Below, in pieces: positions 13,369 to 33,743 of a DNA stretch of 40,525 nucleotides (the stretch's first letter is position 1; each line of letters begins with the position of its first letter). This DNA comes from Catajapyx aquilonaris (lineage: Eukaryota). Location of the stretch: assembly GCA_000934665.2 (NCBI GenBank), contig JYFJ02004766.1:1-40525 (forward strand). Direction: 5' to 3'. The notes under the pieces are model-generated. The model saw only the letters and a program-made list of their open reading frames with translations. It ran no database searches and was not told the DNA's origin. The translations under genes were made by a program, and so were the position numbers.

Positions 13369-13376
13369 TCATATTA

Positions 13377-13570
13377 CCGTCTAACGAGGTGAGATTGTGC
13401 CAGCTCATTTTGGGACAACAGTGTGCGCTCTATTGGCAACAGCTGGCAAATTTAGGCATCTTTTACTAATTTGGCAATGATAAGTAAAATTCACGGCAGG
13501 GCGCACTGTTGCCCCAAAAATGAGCTACACAATCTCACCCCACCTGGCACAATCTCACCCCAATTGACCG
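13377..13570. mobile_element. TA-flanked MITE (Tc1/mariner/pogo-like structure)
   Basis: Left end TA|CCGTCTAACGAGGTGAGATTGTGCCA; right end reverse complement TA|CGGTCAATTGGGGTGAGATTGTGCCA. Inner arms GCTCATTTTGGGACAACAGTGTGCGC / GCGCACTGTTGCCCCAAAAATGAGC. Confidence 0.7.
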
Positions 13571-14379
13571 TATTTTTCATGTACTATAGTATATACTGCA
13601 CATACAATCATTAGCCAATAGCCATTTCAATTCTTTCACATGTAGTCTTCTCCCCTCTCGGTTGTTAAGTTGCACTCCGACCCAATCACCCAATCGTCCA
13701 AAGTCACCCCCATTGACCCCCTCTGCCCTTAGAATCACCCTCCATATATAGCTAATAGACGCATTCGAAGGTCTCTCTCTCCCTCAGAGAGCAGCCAGCA
13801 GCCACTCCCATCAGAAGCAGAGTTGTCTGACACCATATAGTGTGTAAGTATATGCCTGAGGAGTCGTTGAGCGTCCTCGGCTGAATGGGTGCCGTCGAGG
13901 GCGTCTGTAGTAAGGTGCTTTCTCCGCTTTCTCCGCGAGCGTTGGGGGGAGGTGTTCTTCTTTCTCCCCCGCTGACCACTAACTTTGTGAAAGTATTGAC
14001 CGGCAACAGTTGGCGCGGGGCCGAGTGGCCAGTGGACCGCAAAGGGGTCCCGAGATGAATGTGACAGCTACGGCCGGGGGCCTTCATGGCCAAGTGGGCT
14101 CGCAAGACATCTTCCGGAACCATGATAGACTGTCATTCCGATTCGTTGGGGCGGAAGAGAGCTTTGCACCCTCGCCTACTTCGCCTCGGACTACACACCC
14201 GACGGCTCGCGCCTCATCTACACTGTCCGTCGTCGACGCCCCCGCCTTGCTGCTGCTGGAGATATACCGGGGGAGGGATGCTGCTGGACCACACCAGAAA
14301 AAAAGAAGTTTTTGCACCAAGAAAAATTGGCAAGTCGACTGGAAATTGCAACATTAAGTTAAGCCTTTAATGTACGTGC

Positions 14380-14645
14380 ACTAGCAGGGGACACGTTCTT
14401 CGCACGGCAATTGATAAATGAATGTGCCACAATTGCAGCAGATTAAGACACCAAACATTTTTTTTTAAATCCTAAATTTTAGGTATTTAGACTTTTAAAA
14501 AAGTGCGGTTTTCGGACTTTTACCAAAATCAGCACGTAGGACGTTAGTGTACCAAGTTTCAGCACTCTCAGCACTCCGAAAGTGGGTCAGGTAGCCCGGA
14601 CAAACATGCATACCAACAAACTTTCTGTTTCATACATATGAAAGT
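14380..14645 (+). mobile_element. Helitron/Helentron-derived non-autonomous repeat relic
   Basis: Starts ACTAGCAGGGGACACGTTCTTCGCACGG and contains TGTACCAAGTTTCA and an ACAAAC-type tract ending CTTTCTGTTTCATACATAT. Resembles the layout of insect non-autonomous rolling-circle elements (recognised from memory, not aligned). Confidence 0.4.
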
Positions 14646-14703
14646 TTATTGTACGAATTGTCACATGTGCAGTTTTCTCGTTCCAGGATATTGCGAATTT
14701 GAT

Positions 14704-14878
14704 GGTGTTATGCAATAATGAGTCAACCCACATGAGAGCAGTTTTGAGAAAATGGACTTTGAATTAATTAATTAATGGCAGAATTATGCAGATTTCACCT
14801 GATTTTAACCGAATGAAGTATATGTTCCTGGACTTAGCTCAATTTTTTGTGGGTTGACCCATTATTGCATAACACAGT
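14704..14878. mobile_element. MITE-like element with ~28-bp inverted repeats
   Basis: GTGTTATGCAATAATGAGTCAACCCACA (14705-14731) vs TGTGGGTTGACCCATTATTGCATAACAC (~14848-14875). Flanked by a ~30-bp direct repeat AATTGTC.CA..ATGTGCAGTTTT..C..GTTCCA. Confidence 0.65.
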
Positions 14879-17800
14879 CCAATTGTCGCACTATGTGCAG
14901 TTTTTCTGGTTCCATCAGCAGGAAATTCTCCATCAGCCACAATCTGTGAGCATCTGAGTGACCTGCGGCTTGTTGTATACTCGAACACGATCAACCGAAT
15001 GATGTAACGTCCTCATCTCCGGGTAACGATCAAGACAACCGTGCTAAGAAGTGGCTCACACTCTACATGGTGGGAATTTGGTCGAGTGGACGCGCCTTGG
15101 GAAGTAAGGGCCCACCACCACCGCCGCCACCCCCTCAACAACCAACCAACCGCCCAGTTTTATCACCACCACCACCACCTCGTCCTCCACACCGCTTTAC
15201 CCCTCCCGACACCTCTGGCTCTTTTCGGAGAGGCAATCAAGCAGCCTTAGCCGACGGCGGGGGCTTGAAAGGGAATAAATTTGCAAATTTCCGAGTGGGT
15301 GGTGGGGGGTATAGGGAGGAGGAGGGGAGGCGATACGACGCTAAAGGAGAGGGGATTGTGGTCCAGCAGACCATCTTGCCCAAAACCCTTTGTGCGAAAA
15401 GCTCCGGCTGGGATGGGAGGTGACCAGTTGGGCAGAGGGCCAAAGAATAGAGAGAGGGAGGGAGGGATGACCCCTCTCCTCCTCCTCTCAACTTAGTGCC
15501 CTGCCTGCTAAGCCTCCAAGTTCTCATGGACCAGCTGAGATGAGGGTAGTAGCCCCCCCTCCATCAGATCAGCAGCATCCATCATTCTCTTCACCTACTC
15601 ACCGCCTTGTCCTTAATTGACTCTTTAGCTATCATAACCCCTACTCCACGAGCTCTCTGGCTCAGCCTCTCTCATTTGCATGACTGATGAATGATTAATT
15701 TGGCCCCTGATTCATTTCAGAGTGCACACTTCTTCTGACTTATCAATTTTGATGAAGCCATCACCAGGAATCTATAGCATAAATGTGTTTTAAATATTAG
15801 AGAATAGCCTTTAGAGATAACCTGGCACTTTTTGGCCTCACAATCAAATCGATATGTTTATAACAATATTGCAAATTTTTTTCTTCTTATAGCCAAAATC
15901 CGCAGCGGCTTCTCTTGCCAACGGTCTGCTTTTGACAAGGCTTCTGATTTTCCCTTAATACCTCGTGCCTTTACGCAGGCATGTTCCCCAAAGGGAAAAC
16001 AGATCCCCTGGCCCGATCTAAGCATAGTAATCGGATCTAACAGCTCTATTCATCCCCGGCCATGAAACTCAGATCTGCAATAAATTCCAACCCACCTCGG
16101 TCTGTGGGCTTGATACGCCGAAAAAGCATATTTACGACGGACCCACAGTCATCGGTACTATATAGTACAAAACCCCGTCTCTTTTTAAATATATATAAAA
16201 AAATGAAATCTTTTGTGATTAATTTTCCAGTCGGGCTTAAGTAAACGTCCCAAAGCAAGGGAAAAAGATATAGGCGCCGGTTTCAAAGAGAATTTAAGCC
16301 GCGCCACAGAGGCTACGGGATATTATTCTTTCATTTCACGTTCCGCAGCTTTTCCTAAGAGCCTTTCTCGCGTTTTGCTTTGGAAGCAAAAGTTTTCCTC
16401 AAGTTCTTTTGCATTCAGGAGAGAAAGAGGAGATGAGGGAGTTGCGGAGTACAACAAAAAAAAAATGAGAGAGAAGTTTTAGTTAGAAAAATGGGGCTTG
16501 CCCGGTACTTAGATACAACAACAAGAAGAGAGAGAGAGAGAGATAAAAAAAATGAAATCCAGCAAATGCAACCCTTGGGAAAAAAGACGTCTGATACGCC
16601 CCTCCCTATGCGTGTGTACGCAAATAATGGACCAAGCAGATTTGACAGCTGCAGGGAAAGAAGTTTCTTTGATGTCACGGGTTCCGTCACTAGAGATTGA
16701 GTTGCGGCTTCAAATACTGAGGGGGTAGGATAGGGGGGGCAGGGTTTCGACAGAGGGGGGGAGAAAAAAAATTTGCCTACTGAACCCTCAGCCTTGTCGG
16801 CCTTCTGCTCTAATGCCTCACAATCACGTTCATTCCAGATTATTTCGCTGCATCTAAGGACTACACTGTGACCGGCATTAGGCTATAGCAACACACGATT
16901 TTAAAAAGAAACATGCAGTGTGTTATTTAAAACATATGCACAAATGTTGCTCCATATGTAAATTGTGGAAAGGCATAACATAGATGGGTAAATAGTGAAA
17001 AAAACCCTGCAATTATGTCCCAGATAATTTCTGGACTTAACATCTGAAAACCAGATAACATGCAAAGAAATCACTTGCGGAATACGGAGCACATAACAAA
17101 TATGTAATGAGAAAATTATTTAACATTTTATTTAGGCCACAGAGCATGAAAAGTCATGTCCGTGGCGTTACGTGTCCCACAACCATCACTTTCGTAGTTT
17201 TGTCAATTTTTATGCACGGCATAAGATGTTATTTCACTTTTTATATTAGAGTAATGGAGAAAGGAATAGGCCTACTGAAGGTAAAGGCTAGTGCATTCTG
17301 TGTCCTGAAGTTCCAACCACTTGGTTCGGTTCTACTACTTCTACACCCTGTGCCACAGCCACACTGAGTTCGTCAAGACTGAAGTGAATACAGCTGTAAA
17401 TACAGCATTTTTATAATTTATAAATAAATGTGAAATATAAGTCTACGATCTCGGCCGTTACTTTTGTGGGAACACCAGAGGTAATAACTATTTTTATTGC
17501 AAAAAAATATTTCTTTAAAGGACATTTACATTTTTTATTTTATTTTTGGAAATGATATTGCACCTTTTTTCACTATTGACCCAGATGTGCGCAGTGTGAC
17601 TGGAAACACTTTTGCACAATTTGGTTTAAACATGCAATAAATTGGTAGCCAATCCCATATTATGTGATGGAATTCACATTGTATAGGCTGAAATGCATAG
17701 TGCATACTTCAGTACATTATAAGATAGTGTGCACAATGAGCTGAGTCACAGTGAAATATGCAGGAAATATGGGTATTTTCCGTATTTCCACACGTTTAGC

Positions 17801-18324
17801 CTATCTATACCGGTCAGGGGACTTTATTTTACAGGCTTATCAAGAAATAATGACGGTTTCTTCACTCCCACGTACCACCCCATTTTGTTATGTTCATGTA
17901 AGCAACTGTATATTAATTTTCTTTTATACTTATCAACACTCTTTGAGCATAATTACCTTATTGTACATGTTCATGGAAGCGGACAACTCCCAGACAAGGT
18001 ACTATACTTTTTACTCCTAGATATGAGGAAGGTTTTTGCCTTTCCTAATTCTGCTTTGTCTGTATAGTGCTGTGAAAATAATATCAATAAATGGTGCTAC
18101 ATTCCCATGAATACTAAGGTAGGCTACATTTTAAACCAATCATCACGTTTATAGGCAAAGTGGTACCGTAAGAAAAATATTAGTCGATTCTTTGGTAACG
18201 CAACAATGTACCTACAATTATTATATGAATCGGTTTAATTTCTGCACAATGCAATTAAGAGAAAGCCATTTATCTCGGAATCAACCATGAAACAATCTAA
18301 AACCCTTTCATGGGGGGAAAAGTT

Positions 18325-18580
18325 CAGGCCAGAGCGGGCCAGAGTGTCGGTACACTTTCGCCATCTAGGAGCGACTGTGACACTTTCCACCGGATAAAGT
18401 GCGCGGCGCTGCAGATTCTTCATTACTCTGCATTACTGGCTAAACTGTACTTGCATAACACACACCTTACCCTTTCACTCATCCCCCGGGCCCCGGGCCC
18501 CGGGGCCAGCACCCACCCTAGAGAATCCAAACCGGCCGGCTTCTCGCGCCATATTCCAAAGGCTCGCTCCGGCGCCACTG
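18325..18580. mobile_element. GC-rich MITE-like relic with imperfect CAG termini and GGGCCC palindromes
   Basis: Left CAGGCCAGAGCGGGCC vs right reverse complement CAGTGGCGCCGGAGCGAGCC. Internal CCCCGGGCCCCGGGCCCCGGGG; GC-rich island in AT-rich flanks. No target-site duplication visible. Confidence 0.45.
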
Positions 18581-18705
18581 TCGCCCCCGCAATATTTATC
18601 ACTCAACCACTAATATTATAAACAATCCTATACTTGTAAATAACGTCTTATTAATAAATTACATTAATTACACAAAATTTAATCATTTAGATGTGTCGTT
18701 CAACG

Positions 18706-18900
18706 GGTGGCAGCACTGATCGAACACCATCATTATCCCTGTTGGCAACCCTGGGAAACGACGCCATCTTTAGAACGTCTAAAAGAACAGTCTGTTTTGT
18801 TGTTTGTTCCGTGTTTTTTTATTCTTCCCGGCTTTCCGGGTTTGACCTGACCTGAGGTCATCTCAGGACCTTTTTTTTGTGGATCCGGAAGGTCACACAC
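18706..18900 (+). promoter_or_regulatory. TATA-less housekeeping-type promoter region of CDC5L
   Basis: GGTGGCAGCAC 18706-18716, TTGGCAACCCTG ~18742-18753, YY1/Pho-like CGCCATCTT 18762-18770 and Motif-1-like GGTCACAC 18891-18898, directly upstream of the ATG at 18919. Confidence 0.55.
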
Positions 18901-18918
18901 ACACACTGAGGAGCAAAC

Positions 18919-22368
<3,450 letters not shown>

Positions 22369-22553
22369 ACGTGACACGCTTAATTATTATGTTAGTCTAC
22401 ATGTGACGATAAAAATTAATGAATTTTAACCATTGCAAATGTGCAGGTTCTCTCAAACTAAATAAATACAAAGTAACAATATTTGGGTCGAATTAAGTCG
22501 TGCATTTATTATGACAATCATTGCTAGGTACGTGCTCTCAAATTCGCTGCGGA

Positions 22554-24644
22554 CTAGCGGAGATACCGCCACTCTTCTGGTTGGTGTGCCTGGAACCTGA
22601 AACGTTTCATTACAATCAGGCACAATTAGTCACATTTTCCGCATTACCTGCCGACAATCCGTTCTATTGCGAGTATGGCTAACGACATGATAGACATCGC
22701 TGCTAGCAATAGAAAAGCAGAGAAGAGCTCCTGCACTTGGGCCTGGTTGTACGGAGAGGGCTTGGCGCACGGAGGCATCGCTACGACCCATCTCTGTCGC
22801 CATCTGGACACCAACCCTTTCTCAACCAGCCGCAAGATTCCGAGGTCGATAGTGCGGCGTATGGGCGACCCTTTTTGGACATACGTTCCCTCGGCTTTCC
22901 GGGTGTGCGGCAAATGCAGTTCTTGAAACTGGCAAGTCTGAGCAGCACGGAAGAGACTCAGGATGGCCAGACGGACTGGGATTTCACCGGCTACGTAGGC
23001 CAGTGGACGATGGTGTACTTGACGTATCGCATTGACGACTTCCAGCTCGGAAAATGTGTCACGACTGCGGACGGACCGGGCTTTGTACAGAAGGCGGACG
23101 GACTTGTCCGGATAAAACGGGTCCTGCACGAGATAGAGTTACAACTTGTATGTTCGTCCCATGCGGATTTAAACTTACGGAAAAGAGATCGTTGGTAATG
23201 GGATAGTTGACAAATGCGATGGACATTCCGCTCTTCCTGAGTTCGTCCAAGTTCCGTATCGGCTCGACTCTAACCGAAAGGTGGGACACTAACACTGCGG
23301 AGTACCCAGTGTACAGAAGCACGCCCATCATGAATCCGACAAGGAAAACGGCCCTTTCGCTGCACGAATGCGGCTCGTGGTGATAGCCTGTGAAAAGTAC
23401 GGATCAGTTATGGCAAACGGGGCAAACGGTACGGATCGCAACATACTTTTCTGCGAGAGGGTCGCAACGGACCACAGTAGAGCATCTGCGGACGTGAATA
23501 GGGATCCTCCGTCTCCGAAAACCTTGCGGTGAATCTCTCCGATAAAGTACATGTTAAGTACCATGAACGCCATAAGGGACGTGAGAGCCAGCCAAAGCCA
23601 TGGCGTGAACGGAGACAGGAAAATGTCATGCAAAGACGACGACGTTGGACGCTTAAAGTAAGCGGACACCCTGGAAAATACAATATTTGCAATCATTGTT
23701 ACTAACATTTACCGATCGTACCAGTAGAAGTTGGTTGGAAAGTTGAAGTCGACGACGTGCTGTCGGACTGTGACATGAGCTGTCGAGCTGATTGCAAGGT
23801 CCGCGTCGCCTTCCATGACCTTCAACATGCTTCCCTTCCACATTCCGTTTTCAGAGTGACCCCAAGTTTCAGTGGGAATGGCCCGGACGCTAAAATTCAT
23901 GACGGTCTGAAGTGCGAACAGCAGCTCAACGGAGAATCCGCTCTGGAAATACACCTGGCCATCTCTGCGCTCAAACGCGACATCGTACGCATAATCCTTA
24001 TGCTCCTGAAAATAACAGTAGCATGATGCGATTGATATGACAGCGTAATTGTAACCGCGTACAACTGCGGTGACGTTCAAGATCGCTCCGTGGAAATTCA
24101 TCCGGTTCACTTCAGCTGATTGCTTCTTCTTCACCCGATCCACCTTCTGAACCAAAAGGGGATTCCGCTTCAGAACTCGGTACATTTCATAAAAAGTGTC
24201 GCCAATAACGGCCGTTACTTCGCTGTCTAAACAAGCCGGTATGTTCTTAAACCGCTCCTGCAATCCGCCTTTAACTGCGCCTGTAATAAACTCGTTGTTA
24301 ATCGTTTAAATCTGAGCGATTGAACGTCCGGTACCTGAAGCTAGTATGATCCACGTAAAGCTGTACCCCATGCTCTTCGAACTTTCCATCCATTCGACAG
24401 TCTGATCGGAGTCGTCGTAAAAGAGGAATATGGTCACCCTTTGCGCACCGTACGGAATCGAGATATCCGCAGGCAGCCCATCGTAAAAAATCAATCGCAA
24501 ATGCGATGCAAACTGATGTCTAACCGCACTACGAACAAGACCCCAACAGTCGTCGCATCCCGAAGGCACGACGAACGCAACATTGCCGTCTTGTTGCTTC
24601 AAAAGCGGACCCAACAATGCTGCGAACAGTACAAGTTCCCGCAT
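22554..24644 (-). CDS. Variant ionotropic glutamate receptor / chemosensory ionotropic receptor (IR), 7 exons, ~590 aa; subfamily uncertain (possibly IR75-like)
   Basis: Exons 24644-24335, 24280-24063, 24005-23713, 23670-23447, 23387-23179, 23123-22648, 22596-22554 (1773 nt; last exon least certain). Hydrophobic N-terminus MRELVLFAALLGPLL; S1 lobe GFSVELLFALQTVMNF...WGHSENGMWKGSMLKVMEGDADLAISS...TVRQHVVDF; M1 FLSPFTPWLWL; pore segment LLWSVATLSQKS; M3 LLYTGYSAVLVSHLS (SYTANLAAF-equivalent); S2 QKGSPIRRTIDLGILRLVEKGLVSRWRQRW; C-terminal TM. Minus-strand AATAAA at 22505-22510. Confidence 0.9.
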
Positions 24645-24730
24645 TGTTTCTGGCCTCAAGACAATGCAAATATTGGCATTATTGACTGCTTATTAACGTG
24701 TGCCAAAACCATCTGCCAGACGGCACACAG

Positions 24731-24749
24731 ATTTGCATACTTAATGAGC
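24731..24749 (-). promoter_or_regulatory. Adjacent POU-factor sites upstream of the IR gene
   Basis: Octamer ATTTGCAT 24731-24738 and TTAATGAGC 24741-24749 (minus strand GCTCATTAA, Brn3/Acj6-type), ~90-105 nt upstream of the IR ATG. Confidence 0.4.
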
Positions 24750-25001
24750 CAAACAAAGTCATTACAAAGCGTCTGTATTGACTGGAAAATTGGCAAAAGC
24801 ACATCAATTAAAACGTGTGAACGTTTGTCGACTGGACAATAATTGGCAATAAATATAAACAGGAATTAAAATCCCTTAGTCAATCGTATAGCAAAATATA
24901 AAAATCTATAAACATGATCAACTAGGCATGCAAAAATAAATGCTCTATAAACATGATTAACTACTCAAAAACAAATCACAGGTACTAAAACACCGGGTTA
25001 A

Positions 25002-32361
<7,360 letters not shown>

Positions 32362-32499
32362 TTTTTTTAATGATGCGATGGTCCCCCTTCCCGGTGCCCG
32401 CCTGGAAAGAAGGAGCGATGAGGATAAATATTTCGACGTTTGGCCCACCCCAACTGACCTGCAGGCCACCCAAAATATTCGGAGGGAAATGGACGGGAA

Positions 32500-32600
32500 T
32501 AGACACGTTCGAATTCAGTCCGCCATTTTTAAAAAATAGCCAACGGAAAATTTTTAGTTCGGCTGTAGCTCGGAAGGTGGCAGCACCAATCAGTGGTGCC
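32500..32600 (-). promoter_or_regulatory. Putative POLQ promoter region
   Basis: CGCCATTTT (YY1/Pho-like) 32521-32529 and GGTGGCAGCAC 32576-32586, the same motif pair found upstream of CDC5L. Confidence 0.45.
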
Positions 32601-32789
32601 AATATAAAGTCGAATACGGTAGTGTGCATATCAGATACGGTACATAATAATGATAGATGCATTTCACACTGAAAATTGATTTACAAAATACAGTGCATTC
32701 AGGCAACAACAATTTAATAAATACATTCACAATAATACTGATTGGCATAAGTTACATATGTACATCAATCACGCAGCCTCAAGTGGGCT

Positions 32790-33337
32790 TCAAATAAATG
32801 TTTTGCGTTCTGCTTCATCTTGATGGACGGCTGCTGGCTTGCTCTTCCTCTTCCACGTGACAGCAGCAATCCCTAGTGTGATGGTGACTGCTCCACCAAC
32901 CAGGCCGATCCAATGCATCACGTACACTAGTGTCTTCGGAAGCAGGTACCTCCACCTGATGTGCCAGGCGTACTCTTCCGGAAGGTCCACTTCCTGTAAA
33001 CGGACAAGACGTATCAAAATCACATCATTATTTATCATCCAAAGTGTACTTACAGTACTGATCCACATGATTGGAAACACCATACTTGGCACGTGTCGCA
33101 TTTCACTCAATGATTGGTATGGCTTCAGCTCAACATTTGCTTGAACCATTGCTATTGTTTTAATTATGTATCCCAGATCCTGTCAGGAGAAAAATGCAAT
33201 CAAGTTCATGTCTTGAAAATAGAGTGTTCATTATATATGTTCATAAATTATGTATATCTCAAATCATGTGAGGAAAATACTTATTTATTTATTTATTTAT
33301 TAGTCTTCTCGGCACATGATTCATTACGTATGTAGTT

Positions 33338-33368
<31 letters not shown>

Positions 33369-33704
33369 TGGTGGTAATGGTGGTTTTCAATCAATAACAC
33401 ACTTTCGAGACACGCACAAATTAATTAACTAATTAGTTAATTATAAGCTCGTGTCTCGAGAGTGTTATTGATTGAAAACGAGCCTTGCCACAAATTGATT
33501 TATGGATGGATTGATTAACTACGTAACACACTTTCGAGACACAAACTTAATTAACCAATTAATTAGTTAGTTAATTAAGTACGTGTCTCATAAGTGTGTT
33601 AATGATTGAAAACCACCGTTACAACTAATTGATTGATTGATTGATTAATGCATGAATCAATTGGTTGACTAATTAATACATGAAACAATTGGTGGTAACG
33701 CTGG

Positions 33705-33743
<39 letters not shown>

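Noticed and set aside
18290..18620. GC-rich block considered as RNase P/MRP, 7SK or telomerase RNA
   Set aside because: I could not find the conserved P4 boxes, GAUC motifs or a TTAGG template; CAG termini and GGGCCC palindromes fit a MITE relic better.
1..18700. Conserved microRNA genes
   Set aside because: No mature sequences of the common arthropod miRNA families that I could recall were spotted by eye; a miRBase/Rfam search is needed to exclude them.
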